Shown: positions 9,425 through 19,725 of the stretch, piece by piece
Position numbering within the stretch: the stretch's first letter is position 1
Layout: every line of letters begins with the position of its first letter
Origin: Candidatus Altimarinota bacterium
GTDB lineage: Bacteria > Patescibacteriota > Gracilibacteria > UBA4473
Assembly (NCBI GenBank): GCA_965231215.1
Contig: OZ246423.1
Location: 192,001 to 256,000, forward strand
Reading direction: 5' to 3'
Length of the DNA: 64,000 bases
The notes under the pieces: model-generated
What the model was told of the DNA's origin: nothing
The model's input: the letters and a program-made list of their open reading frames with translations, nothing else
Databases searched by the model: none
Translations under genes and position numbers: made by a program

Positions 9425-11143
9425 CTAACTAGATACTTCTCGTTCAGCTTCAGATTTTGCAGCAATAGTTTTAACTTTTGCGACTACATCTACCACCTGA
9501 GCCACCACATCTTCAGGATTATGAGGATTCTCTGTATCAAGGGCTTTAAGTCTATGGTGTGTTTTTTCTGGAACATCCATTCCAATTTTTCGGTAAGCAT
9601 CTGGGAACTTATCAGGATGAGCCGTTTCTAAAACAATCGCATAATCATCTGCCTCAATAGCGCCTCTCCCTCGCGCATTCTCCAACGCATCAAAGGCACA
9701 AACTCCATGAGGTTCCAGTAGTGTCGAGTTTTCAGAATGTCTCAATACAGCCTCAATACGATTAAGCGCTTCTTCATTAGAAGTATTATCCGCATAAAAT
9801 AATTCACCCATTCCTACTTTCATTTTTTCCGTCACTCCATACTTAGACAGTGGAATACCTTCTTGACCTGGAACAAAAGCTTTGGTGTCTTTTTTCAACT
9901 GCTCAAGATCAATTTTAGCTTCTGGATCATATAAATCCCGAACAATCGTAAGTAGTCGTTCAAGATTACTCGGATCGGCAATATCCATGGATGGAGAATC
10001 TGTCACCTGAGCTTCGTTTTCATCCTTAGCATTTCGGGTGAGATTATGATGATTTAGTTCAAAGTCACGAATCGCACACGCGACAATATCATTATCATTC
10101 GTTCCAACGACAAATTTTTTCACTGGAAGCCCTAACTGCTTCGCATAAAGCCCCGCCATTAAGTGCCCAACATTACCGGTTGGCACAGCAAATACTATGT
10201 CTTGATCAGCCTCAATTCTTCCCTCTTTAACCGCTTCAGCATAACTCACAAAATACTGTGTCATCTGAGGCAGTAATCTCCAAATATTAATGGAATTCGC
10301 ACTCGCCAGTTCTAGTTTTTTAAGTTCTTCTGCTAAATCGGTAATCGTTTCATCCGCTAAAGAAATATTTAGCTGTTCTTTCATCTTAGTTGATAAAGCT
10401 TCAACTCCACCTTCTTCTGCAGGATCTAAATCACGCATAAACTGCATAGATTTAGAAAATGCCTGAGCTTTATCAAAATCCCCATCAACGGGAATACACT
10501 GAACATTTGGATATTTTTCAGCCGCATCGATCATCTGAGCTTCTTGTACAGGGCTTACTTTACCTGCTGGATAAAGCACCGTAACCGTCACCCATTCAGA
10601 ACCACCAAAAGCATCAGCAATAGCCACTCCAGTATCCCCAGATGTTGCCACTACAATATTTTTCGGAGTCTGAGTTCTCTCACAATTTTTTTCTAAAAGT
10701 TGAGCAATGGCTCGAGCGGCAAAATCTTTAAAACTAGCTGTTTCTGATTCACTCAGCCACGCCACACTTGTCCGTTCATCCAAGAGCTCTAAAGGCAGTT
10801 CAAAATTATGAGCAATATCCATCATTTCTTGTAGCTCTTGATTTGAAAGGCCATTTTCTCCTTCAGAAGGAATAAACTGACGAAGCAATAAAGCCGACAT
10901 TTGAGACATAGAAAGATCATAAATCGAAGGTTTCTCACCTTCTCCTGATGGCTGGAAAAAAGAATCGTCAAAAGGCTTCATATCTTCCACATCTGGAACA
11001 TATAAACCTCCATCAGGAGCCTGTCCTGCGACTAGAGCTTCCCAAGCATCCGCGGTTTTTTCGGGATCACGAGTACTTCTAAATTCAAAACCTGGGATAG
11101 CCTTTCCAGCAGGAAAATGTGCGTCAAGAGTTGCCAAATCCAT
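9425..11143 (-). CDS. thrC: threonine synthase-like PLP enzyme
   Basis: GQAPDGGLYVP, SFKD (PLP lysine), VATSGDTG, LYPAGKVSPVQEAQM, SANSINIWRLLPQ, VPTGNVG, SPSMDI..PSNLERL, ETAHPDKF. Confidence 0.88.
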   Translation of the reverse strand: MDLATLDAHFPAGKAIPGFEFRSTRDPEKTADAWEALVAGQAPDGGLYVPDVEDMKPFDDSFFQPSGEGEKPSIYDLSMSQMSALLLRQFIPSEGENGLSNQELQEMMDIAHNFELPLELLDERTSVAWLSESETASFKDFAARAIAQLLEKNCERTQTPKNIVVATSGDTGVAIADAFGGSEWVTVTVLYPAGKVSPVQEAQMIDAAEKYPNVQCIPVDGDFDKAQAFSKSMQFMRDLDPAEEGGVEALSTKMKEQLNISLADETITDLAEELKKLELASANSINIWRLLPQMTQYFVSYAEAVKEGRIEADQDIVFAVPTGNVGHLMAGLYAKQLGLPVKKFVVGTNDNDIVACAIRDFELNHHNLTRNAKDENEAQVTDSPSMDIADPSNLERLLTIVRDLYDPEAKIDLEQLKKDTKAFVPGQEGIPLSKYGVTEKMKVGMGELFYADNTSNEEALNRIEAVLRHSENSTLLEPHGVCAFDALENARGRGAIEADDYAIVLETAHPDKFPDAYRKIGMDVPEKTHHRLKALDTENPHNPEDVVAQVVDVVAKVKTIAAKSEAEREVSS

Positions 11144-11240
11144 GGTAATTGTGGGTTAATTCAAGTTGTAAATTATTATATTTAAACTTTTTTGCAAATT
11201 TTAATTGAAATTTATAAAAATAAAACTAGAAATAATACAG

Positions 11241-12113
11241 ATGGAAAAAGGCTACCCAGAAGAAGTTTTAGAAAAAGAATTCACTAAACCGAACCCACTA
11301 AAAAATATTTTAAATACAGTTGGAAAAACTGTTGAATCCGTTCTAACTTTTGGAATTGAAAATATTTCTGGACAAAGATATGAGCCAGGCGATCTCGGGA
11401 GAATTTCTCAATTCACTTATTTACGTTCACTAGAAAAGCTAGATGAAAAAGGAATAAGTCCAAATAGATTAGTAACTATCAGAGTAGCTATCGTACTCGC
11501 GGGGGGAACTACTTTGTTTATAGATCCGAATCTTCCACAAGAAATTAAGTCCGCTTTAGAAATATTAGTCCTAGCGGGGCTTTTAGGTGATCGAGTAGAC
11601 GGTGATTTAGCAAGATATACCAATCAATGTACTCCTGAAGGCGCCACCTTAGATGCTGGAGCTGATAAAGTAATTACTATCCCAAGTCTGACTGCAATCA
11701 GCTTGTATCAAATAGTACAAAATTGTGGAGAAATGTTTCAGACCGACTTAAAAATGGGAAGCGCCGTAGTTATTTTAGCTGCAGGAACTCTCGCCCTGGC
11801 AAAAAATGATATAGATTCTCAAGCTAAACGAACTAATAATTGGGAAGCTGCAAAAGCTTTCTGGACTCCTCCCATACTCAAGTCTGAAAGAAAACCAGCT
11901 AAAAAAACCGAAAATGATGCCTCAATGATAAGTAAGATGAAAACAGTACTACAAATGCTCGTCATTGCTGGATATATAAAACAGGAATCTATTACAAACC
12001 TCACAGGAATGCCTGATGATATATTTAACCTGAGTGCAGCAACAATGTTAGGGGTGGCCTTTGTCTGCGGACAAAAAGGACAAAAACAAAGAACCACTCA
12101 AACCCTAGTCTAA
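11241..12113 (+). CDS. CDP-alcohol phosphatidyltransferase family protein
   Basis: SPNRLVTIR and the DxxDGxxAR..G...D...DK signature (DRVDGDLAR...EGATLDAGADK), KMKTVLQM. Confidence 0.8.
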   Translation: MEKGYPEEVLEKEFTKPNPLKNILNTVGKTVESVLTFGIENISGQRYEPGDLGRISQFTYLRSLEKLDEKGISPNRLVTIRVAIVLAGGTTLFIDPNLPQEIKSALEILVLAGLLGDRVDGDLARYTNQCTPEGATLDAGADKVITIPSLTAISLYQIVQNCGEMFQTDLKMGSAVVILAAGTLALAKNDIDSQAKRTNNWEAAKAFWTPPILKSERKPAKKTENDASMISKMKTVLQMLVIAGYIKQESITNLTGMPDDIFNLSAATMLGVAFVCGQKGQKQRTTQTLV

Positions 12114-14530
12114 TTCACCACAAACCCAACAATCTTGTTAGGGACAAATATCTCTTTCATAATTTCACCTTCATTGAGGTATTGAGACACTTTTTCAATG
12201 TCTTTCGCAGCAGCAATAACTTCATCTTTGTTTCCGTCCTTGGCAAATGAGAGTTCAGCTCGAACCTTCCCATTCACTTGAACCGCATACATAACCGTCT
12301 CTTCCACCAAATATTGTTCTTCAAATTGGGGCCAATCCACGTAAGCAATAGTTCCTACGTGACCTAAGTTTTCCCACAAGGCTTCGGCTAAATGTGGCGC
12401 GAATGGAGAAAGAATAATGGCAAATTTCTCTAAAATATCTTTTGGTACTTTATCGAGATTAGTCAGTTCATTAGTCAAAATCATCATCTGAGAAATCGCC
12501 GTATTGAACTTAAAGTTATCAATATCATCTCCAACTTGTTTAATGGTTTTATGCAGAGTGGAAAGTACTTTTTTATCCACTTCTACCTGGTTATCAACTT
12601 TTTCAAAAACTCGATTTACTCGTTCCAGCCATTTACGGATTCCAGCCACAGAATTCATGTTCCAAGATTTTCCTTGCTCGAATGGCCCCATAAACATTTC
12701 ATAACATCGTAGAGTATCAGCTCCGTATTCTTGAACCACATCATCTGGATTTACCACATTCCCTAAAGACTTAGACATTTTCCGCCCATCTTCAGCCGCA
12801 ATCATTCCCTGATTTACCAATTTAGTAAAAGGTTCTTTCGTAGACACGTATCCCAGATCATATAACACCTTGTGCCAGAACCGTCCATATAAAAGATGTA
12901 ATACCGCATGTTCAGCGCCTCCTACATACAAGTCTACCGGTCCCCAGTATTGCTCTCTTTCTTTTGAACAAAATTCTTGATCATTATCTGAATCCATAAA
13001 TCGAAGCCAGTACCAAGAAGACCCCGCCCAATTCGGCATGGTAGACGTTTCTCGGGTAAAATTGAGAGAACCGTTTTCTGAAATCTTTACCGTTCCTTCT
13101 GGCGTAATATCTCCCTTCACATTCACCCAATCCTCAACCTTAGCTAAGGGTGATTTACCATCATCTGACGGTTCATAATCTGGTGTTTCTGGAAGAAGCA
13201 CTGGCAACTCTGAATCATCCAAAGGATAAACCTTTCCATCTTCATCAAAAACCAAAGGGATAGGTTCTCCCCAGTATCTCTGACGAGTAAAAATCCAATC
13301 CCGAAGTTTGAAATTCACCTTTCGTTCCCCTTTCTTTTGTTCTTCAAGCCAATCAATAATTTTACTCATTCCTTCTTCGACCGTCAGTCCATCCAAGAAT
13401 TCTGAATTTTTTAGACTTCCACCTTCTTTCTGGAAAGGATTTTCTAGTCCATCAATGACCTCAATAATCTCTAAACCAAATTTTTCAGCAAATTCTAAAT
13501 CTCTCTCGTCATGGGCAGGAACAGCCATAATAGCTCCGGTTCCGTAACTCATAAGCACGTAATCGGCAATCCACACCGGGATTTCTTTTCCATTAACAGG
13601 GTTGATAGCGTAAGCGCCAGTAAAAACCCCCGTTTTATCTTTATTAAGCTCGGTTCGTTCTAGATCAGATTTAGCCGAAACTTCTTTTTGATACGCTTCT
13701 ACTTCGGCCTTTTGGTCATCAGTTACGATGTCAGCAATCATTGGATGTTCTGGAGACATGACAAAGTAAGTCGCCCCAAACAGCGTATCTGGACGGGTTG
13801 TATAAACTCGAACTTTTTCACCTTTGATTTCAAAATCAACCTCCGCTCCTTCACTTCTACCAATCCAATTAGATTGCATGGCTCTAATTTTTTCTGGCCA
13901 ATCCGGAAGATCATCCAGATCATCAAGAAGTCTTTGTGCATAATCGGTGATTCGAAACATCCACTGTTTCAGATTTCTTTTTTCAACCGGCGTCCCACAT
14001 CGTTCATGCAAGCCATTTTCAACTTCTTCATTCGCACAAACGACCTTACATTTTGGACACCAATTCATTCCCATAGCTTTTTCGTATGCCAATCCTTTCT
14101 TGTAAAGTTGAAGGAATATCCACTGTGACCATTTGAAATACTTTGGATCGGTCGTTGAAAAACATCGATCCCAATCATAACTAAACCCAAGTTCTTGAAT
14201 TTGTCTTTTAAAGTTGGCTTCATTTTCCGCCGTAGAAATACTCGGATGAACACCGGTTTTAATCGCATAGTTTTCAGCCGGAAGTCCAAAGGCATCCCAT
14301 CCCATTGGATGAAGCACATTTTTCCCTTCCATTCGTTTCTTACGACTAATGATATCAGTCGCAGTATATCCCAGAGGATGCCCTACATGCAGTCCTGCTC
14401 CTGACGGATAAGGAAACATATCCAGAGCATAGTATTTTTCTTTGCTTGGATCTTCTGTGGCTTTAAAGGTTTTGTTTTCAACCCAAAATTTTTGCCATTT
14501 TTGTTCGATCGCTAAATGGTCATATTTCAT
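12110..14530 (-). CDS. leuS: leucyl-tRNA synthetase
   Basis: MFPYPSGAGLHVGH (HIGH), KMSKS, editing domain YTTRPDT and GTGAIMAVPAHDERD. Confidence 0.98.
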   Translation of the reverse strand: MKYDHLAIEQKWQKFWVENKTFKATEDPSKEKYYALDMFPYPSGAGLHVGHPLGYTATDIISRKKRMEGKNVLHPMGWDAFGLPAENYAIKTGVHPSISTAENEANFKRQIQELGFSYDWDRCFSTTDPKYFKWSQWIFLQLYKKGLAYEKAMGMNWCPKCKVVCANEEVENGLHERCGTPVEKRNLKQWMFRITDYAQRLLDDLDDLPDWPEKIRAMQSNWIGRSEGAEVDFEIKGEKVRVYTTRPDTLFGATYFVMSPEHPMIADIVTDDQKAEVEAYQKEVSAKSDLERTELNKDKTGVFTGAYAINPVNGKEIPVWIADYVLMSYGTGAIMAVPAHDERDLEFAEKFGLEIIEVIDGLENPFQKEGGSLKNSEFLDGLTVEEGMSKIIDWLEEQKKGERKVNFKLRDWIFTRQRYWGEPIPLVFDEDGKVYPLDDSELPVLLPETPDYEPSDDGKSPLAKVEDWVNVKGDITPEGTVKISENGSLNFTRETSTMPNWAGSSWYWLRFMDSDNDQEFCSKEREQYWGPVDLYVGGAEHAVLHLLYGRFWHKVLYDLGYVSTKEPFTKLVNQGMIAAEDGRKMSKSLGNVVNPDDVVQEYGADTLRCYEMFMGPFEQGKSWNMNSVAGIRKWLERVNRVFEKVDNQVEVDKKVLSTLHKTIKQVGDDIDNFKFNTAISQMMILTNELTNLDKVPKDILEKFAIILSPFAPHLAEALWENLGHVGTIAYVDWPQFEEQYLVEETVMYAVQVNGKVRAELSFAKDGNKDEVIAAAKDIEKVSQYLNEGEIMKEIFVPNKIVGFVVN

Positions 14531-14657
14531 ACGAAGTTGATTCTAGTTTTGGACTTAAAAAAGGCAAATTACCATTCAGGATTCTAAGGCAAAATTCCTC
14601 CCCCGATGAAAAAACATTTTTCTAAAACTGGAAAAGCCAGAGTGTTTGAAATATCTA

Positions 14658-15995
14658 CTACTGAATTGATTCAAGCACCGACCACATAGCATCACGATAG
14701 CTAGCCGGCCCAGAAACTTCAAAGACAGAAGATTCATCCCTCTTTTTAATCAGCGTAATCTGCTGATCATTAATAATTTCTTGTGTTTCGGCTGACGGGC
14801 TATCTTTGGCTAACAACTTCAACCAAAATTTAACATCAGCTCTAGAATTTAATGCGTTATCGGCAAACCCAAGTTCGGTAATAACACCATAACTCGGTCC
14901 ATAGTTTTGATACCAATAACCAAAGGGCGCTTTAAGGTGTAACCCATAATAGTCGGAGTTATAACTATACGCTCTATTATCAATAAGGTTTTTAAAGTTT
15001 CCAGAAACAAAGTTACGGGTATCAACATTAGATACTGACGTTGGCATTGATACTTCTGATGGTTCCCTCTCTGGTTCTGGGGCCACTTCTACTTCAGGTT
15101 CTGGTTCTAGAAGTTTTTCAAAAAATGAAGGTTCATCCGCTTCCTCCTTAGATGTTTCATCCTCAGAATCATCTGGTTTGGCTTCCTCTTCTTGGACTAT
15201 TTTTTGAGCTTCTTTTTCAGCTTTCGCTTTCGCTTCCTCCTCTAAGATTTCTTGTACTTTTTCTTCCCCTTCGGCAAAGGAGTTTAATAAATCAAAGACG
15301 GCTTTTTTAGTATCAAAATCTTCAAATTCATAGGTGGCATTAAACACATATTTTTTATTTTCTAAGTTAGAAAACAAAGTAATGGTTTCTTTTTCTTTTT
15401 TGTTTTCGTCCGTTTTGAGATCTTTAATGCCTGAAAATCCATTGAGTAAAATATTGGTAGTTAACCGAGTTTCTTCAGGGGAATAATCTTCTACCGCAAA
15501 GGTCAAAAATACTTTCCGAGTTGGGTCTTCCTTATTTAAAAAGTAGGCAATCCCTGCTGGAGAAAGTGAGTACTCCCAAGCGTCTGGATAAAGAAAGGTG
15601 AATTTTTTGGTTGTAAATCTGAGGGGTTCATTGGCTTCTTCTAGATCCTCTTCAGTTTCTAAGTCTTCAATTCGGATAGCCTCTACCCAAAATATCTGAC
15701 GCATTTTTTCATTTCGCCACACTCCATCCAATGCGACCTCTCTTCCCTCAAAATCAGCTAACTGAACTAAATCTGAGGACAAATATCCCACTAATTTTCC
15801 CTCCAACTCTAAACGATGAGTAGCTCTCGTAGAAACTGAAACCGAAAACGGAAATAATTTTCCTGAAATAGTTTCAAGTTGTTCTTCGGGCAATCTTTCA
15901 AAGGGATCTTCCTTCTCTGGAACAATACAAGCGGTTAAAGTCAGGAATACCATTCCCACAATAATCCAAAAACGTCCTAAAAAATTTCGCATCAA
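14658..15995 (-). CDS. hypothetical lipoprotein
   Basis: Lipobox-like LTAC after a hydrophobic stretch; acidic Glu/Pro linker. Confidence 0.65.
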   Translation of the reverse strand: MMRNFLGRFWIIVGMVFLTLTACIVPEKEDPFERLPEEQLETISGKLFPFSVSVSTRATHRLELEGKLVGYLSSDLVQLADFEGREVALDGVWRNEKMRQIFWVEAIRIEDLETEEDLEEANEPLRFTTKKFTFLYPDAWEYSLSPAGIAYFLNKEDPTRKVFLTFAVEDYSPEETRLTTNILLNGFSGIKDLKTDENKKEKETITLFSNLENKKYVFNATYEFEDFDTKKAVFDLLNSFAEGEEKVQEILEEEAKAKAEKEAQKIVQEEEAKPDDSEDETSKEEADEPSFFEKLLEPEPEVEVAPEPEREPSEVSMPTSVSNVDTRNFVSGNFKNLIDNRAYSYNSDYYGLHLKAPFGYWYQNYGPSYGVITELGFADNALNSRADVKFWLKLLAKDSPSAETQEIINDQQITLIKKRDESSVFEVSGPASYRDAMWSVLESIQ

Positions 15996-16033
15996 CTGCG
16001 CCAGATTATGTGAAAATAAAACAAAAAATCAAA

Positions 16034-17302
16034 TTAATGACTCTTTCTTTTTAAACTTTTTTTATGCGGTTTTACAACACAAAGTTTTTCTAACCCGGTA
16101 ATACGTGAACTAAGCAAAAGCATCAAAGCCGCCGCTACAAATATAATAGTAAAGACAACCCTATCGGCTTGAGGGGCTAGGTAAAACACTACAAACAGTA
16201 AAAAAAACGCCAGCAAGTAAGCATGATGAAACACCACCTGTCTCATATGACTTCGCTCTACCTGGTTTTCATAATTAATCCATTTGTATAAAATCACAAA
16301 GTAAGGGACTTTAACGGTTTGATTATTTACCTTATTCAAAGAATCGATAATCGTAAGTGTAATGGGATCCATACTTACCCCTCTAACCAAATTAATCACC
16401 GTAGACCGCAAGGCTGCTGATTTAAGAATATGCCCTGGGGCTTTTTTGCCTGAATCAATTTTCTTCCCGATCCAGAAAGACAATATCATCGCCGCAAAAG
16501 AAGAAACCCCTACGACCATCCCCATAGAAGCGATATCTTTTAATACTAAGACCAAAAATAAAGGCCAAGCTAGAAAGATCACCGCATCAAAAAACACTCT
16601 TCCAGTCTCTCCTAAAACAAGATTTTGAGGGGTTTTTTTAAAGACATCTTTTATTAATTTTTTAGGCGTATAAGGCAGTTTAAACCTTTCATCAGGTGTT
16701 AACATAAGCACAATCCACCCTCCCATCATCGCCCCCAAACCAAACAAAGTCGTAAAATGAAACCCAAAATATTTAGTAATAAAGCCTCCTAAAATTGGCG
16801 CAATTAAGGCTCCCGCCATAATCACTATCTGAAAGAAAGCCATAGCGGTTCCTCTGTTTTTTTTGTTTATATGATGAGATAAAAATAAATCATACCCCAT
16901 CAAGGCCGTATTATTCCCAAAAGCATTCAGAAAAAAGAAGGGAATTAAAAACAGCAAACTACTATAAAAATCGGGAGTCAAAAAATACAAGATCGCGACA
17001 AAATAATAACTCGCACAAATACATCGAAGTCCCAAAGCATGCTTAATCCCCAAACGTTCAATTACAAACCCAATAAATGGAATCACTAAAACATGAGCCA
17101 TTTGCCAGACGAGAAAAAAGGCACAAATCTGCCACAATTGATATCCCAAATTGTTATACATATAGAATACCAATGAAAGGAGCATCAAATCCCGCCCCAA
17201 AAAGAAAAGCAATCTATAAACTCCTACCTCAAGCATCTCCCGATCCATATGAAAATGAAGCAGGTGATGAAATGGGGCGTTGGGCGCTCTATTATATGGC
17301 AT
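16034..17302 (-). CDS. MFS transporter
   Basis: About 12 TM segments; IERLGIK, NRGTAMA, APILGGFI, IGKKID motifs. Confidence 0.8.
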   Translation of the reverse strand: MPYNRAPNAPFHHLLHFHMDREMLEVGVYRLLFFLGRDLMLLSLVFYMYNNLGYQLWQICAFFLVWQMAHVLVIPFIGFVIERLGIKHALGLRCICASYYFVAILYFLTPDFYSSLLFLIPFFFLNAFGNNTALMGYDLFLSHHINKKNRGTAMAFFQIVIMAGALIAPILGGFITKYFGFHFTTLFGLGAMMGGWIVLMLTPDERFKLPYTPKKLIKDVFKKTPQNLVLGETGRVFFDAVIFLAWPLFLVLVLKDIASMGMVVGVSSFAAMILSFWIGKKIDSGKKAPGHILKSAALRSTVINLVRGVSMDPITLTIIDSLNKVNNQTVKVPYFVILYKWINYENQVERSHMRQVVFHHAYLLAFFLLFVVFYLAPQADRVVFTIIFVAAALMLLLSSRITGLEKLCVVKPHKKSLKRKSH

Positions 17303-17310
17303 AAAAAAAA

Positions 17311-17673
17311 CTAAATATTAAAACTAAAACAAACAAGGTATCCAACCATACTCAGCAGAACCAGAATTTTGAGCCCGTCTAAATGAAAGTAGTTTAAAAT
17401 TTGAACAATTTTTTTATTCAAAAATAAATGCAAAACTTTAAAAAATTTATATTGGCTGATTTTGATAAGGCTTTGCGCCAGAGTTGGTAAAAATTTACGC
17501 TTACACCAATTTTTGCAATCTTTTTTGCCCTCTATAATAGAAGCTATAAGAGTCTGCGCTACAAATTTTCGCATACCTTTTTTTAGCTTCCGTTCGTATT
17601 TCACCACGTTTTTACGAAATAATTTCCACAAATACAAGTCTCGAAACGACGGCCAATAAGTTTCTAAAATCAT
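17311..17673 (-). CDS. hypothetical protein
   Basis: 120-aa ORF packed between co-oriented genes with 2-nt and 8-nt gaps. Confidence 0.5.
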   Translation of the reverse strand: MILETYWPSFRDLYLWKLFRKNVVKYERKLKKGMRKFVAQTLIASIIEGKKDCKNWCKRKFLPTLAQSLIKISQYKFFKVLHLFLNKKIVQILNYFHLDGLKILVLLSMVGYLVCFSFNI

Positions 17674-17675
17674 GA

Positions 17676-18947
17676 TTAGTTTTTAACTATTAAACGATCT
17701 GATTTATCCAACATAAATCTCAATTTTTGACTTTGATTTACATACGCTTGCAACGCTCCTTCATCTAGGGCAAAAAAGTGTTCATCGACCTCTAAAACTT
17801 GGTTTAAATATTCACGAGTTTTTGGGCCTAGATTTCCCGCCCCATTAGCATGTGCCGATTGCACAATTCCATTAGCTATCTGAAATTCTGTTAAAGCCTT
17901 TTCAGTCAGCTTTCCAAAATACCCAGTAGGCGCATGATCTAAAAACTCTTGTTGTACTAGAATTTCCTGTAGTTTAATAACGGCAATGTCTCTTTTGCCT
18001 CGAGCCATATTTTTATCAAATTCGAACCCAACCCATTTTTCGGCCAGTCTTTGCTGCGTTTCAAAATCATGTAAAGTGCGAGAAAGTGATTCTCTTGTTT
18101 TTGGTCCAAATCCTCCAGCGCCTTGGCTTGAAGCAGATTCAACCACAAAGTTATCAAGCTGGAATTCCAAAACAGCGAGCCTAACCGCCTCACTATAAAC
18201 TCCATCAATTTCACCATCATAGTGGCTTAGGTCCTGAAGCGCTTGTTGAAGTTCTTTTACGGCTTCACCGTTATTCCCCGCATAAAGGTTTTCAGAAAAT
18301 TCACGGATGATCGGCAAATCTAAAATTTTTGAAATCGGCGTAGCCGCTTTAAAATTAACCGCTACTTCAACTGGCGCTCCTGCAGCATAGATAGTGCCTT
18401 CGGTATGCCACAGTCCAAGTTCAAGGGCTCGTGCGAGTCCTTCTTCCCCATAACCAAGCCACAGATCTAGACGATCATGTCGAGCAATATTTCGGCCTCC
18501 TTTTTCTACAATCGCGCCTCCCCTATCATGCACTTGCCCACACCCAAAATTTGGCAAACACACTTTGGTTCCAAACCTATAACTACTTGGGGCGGCAATC
18601 ATACCGGGAAAAACTGGCGTCCCATCAGCGCCTCTCACTCCATGCCCATTAAGGCGGATATCCCCTTCATAGCTCCCAGTAACATAAAAATTCTGGTTTG
18701 GTAGAGGTGAATAATACCCTGTAACGGTAAACATTCGCTTCTCTCCCTCGGTACTAAGGGCTTGTACGCTTATAGACGGTAAAACAAGAAATAAAAAAGC
18801 TAACTGGAAAGACTTAAAACAAAGAAAATTAAGACATCGGAAAAATACTGAAGATAAGCGTATTTTTATACGCGTTCGAGGCATTTTTTCAGGTAACGCC
18901 AAGTTTCGAAGTTTTTTAGTATTTGCAGTGGTTAATATTTTCTTCAT
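17676..18947 (-). CDS. 3D-domain protein with two peptidoglycan-binding domains
   Basis: VTGYYSP, IAAP..YRFGTKV, VHDRGGAI, RLDLWLG (3D domain); VKELQQAL..DGVY..AVLEFQ and LQEIL..TGYFGKLT..ALTEFQ (PG-binding). Confidence 0.85.
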   Translation of the reverse strand: MKKILTTANTKKLRNLALPEKMPRTRIKIRLSSVFFRCLNFLCFKSFQLAFLFLVLPSISVQALSTEGEKRMFTVTGYYSPLPNQNFYVTGSYEGDIRLNGHGVRGADGTPVFPGMIAAPSSYRFGTKVCLPNFGCGQVHDRGGAIVEKGGRNIARHDRLDLWLGYGEEGLARALELGLWHTEGTIYAAGAPVEVAVNFKAATPISKILDLPIIREFSENLYAGNNGEAVKELQQALQDLSHYDGEIDGVYSEAVRLAVLEFQLDNFVVESASSQGAGGFGPKTRESLSRTLHDFETQQRLAEKWVGFEFDKNMARGKRDIAVIKLQEILVQQEFLDHAPTGYFGKLTEKALTEFQIANGIVQSAHANGAGNLGPKTREYLNQVLEVDEHFFALDEGALQAYVNQSQKLRFMLDKSDRLIVKN

Positions 18948-19030
18948 AAAATGAATAAAAATCCCACCATTATAGGAAAAAATGGCTTTTTTAGCAATGC
19001 TTATGGGTTGGCAAAAAAAGAGATTATATT

Positions 19031-19711
19031 CTAATCACTCTTCTTTTCAGCTGCTTTTGCTGCTAGAAGAGCCTTCTTTCTTCTTCCTATCTCTTCATCG
19101 GTAAGCTTATTCTCTACTGAAGTATCAGCTGCGACTGGCTTTCCATGGTGAGTACGATGTTGCTGAGGTCCTTTTCCTTTAAGTATTTTCCCACCTCTTC
19201 TAGTTTCTACGACAACCTTTGGGGTTCCCCGATTAGAATGATGAACTCCGCCTCCTATAGGTTTTTGTCTGTCACGTACTACTTGACGTGCTGCAGCAGC
19301 GGCTTGCTCACGTGCTTCTTTAACTGCGTTAACTCCTTGTTTAATTATTTCTAAAGCTCTGCCCTGTATCTCACTAATAACAGCCCGTTCACCAACTACG
19401 TCCATTACAGATCTAGCGATTCTTCTTACTTCTCCCTTCGCTATTCCTAAGTTTTGTGATTTAGCCAATTCTCGGACTCGATCTCTTGCCCAAGTATCAA
19501 CAGACTCACCTCTAGGAGTATCGGCTACAGGTTGCGGTTGCGGCTTTGGTGTAGGAACACTAGGGACTGTTTGAGCAACCCTCCCCCTTGTTTCTGTAGA
19601 CCTATTGTTAACTCTGCTAGTCTTTTTTCTTTCTTTCCCAGCTTTTGGACGAGCGGGCAACTGAGTTCTTTCTGATGATCTGGGTGCTAAATTTCGCTGA
19701 GATCTACACAT
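19031..19711 (-). CDS. hypothetical basic, largely disordered protein
   Basis: 226-aa Arg/Lys-rich ORF 14 nt downstream of the 1426-aa gene. Confidence 0.6.
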   Translation of the reverse strand: MCRSQRNLAPRSSERTQLPARPKAGKERKKTSRVNNRSTETRGRVAQTVPSVPTPKPQPQPVADTPRGESVDTWARDRVRELAKSQNLGIAKGEVRRIARSVMDVVGERAVISEIQGRALEIIKQGVNAVKEAREQAAAAARQVVRDRQKPIGGGVHHSNRGTPKVVVETRRGGKILKGKGPQQHRTHHGKPVAADTSVENKLTDEEIGRRKKALLAAKAAEKKSD

Positions 19712-19725
19712 TTTTTAATAATAAT

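Noticed and set aside
11144-11240. Thr leader or attenuator upstream of thrC (aroA, hisS and leuS also checked)
   Set aside because: Only short promoter regions are present, with no cognate-codon-rich uORF, terminator or T-box.
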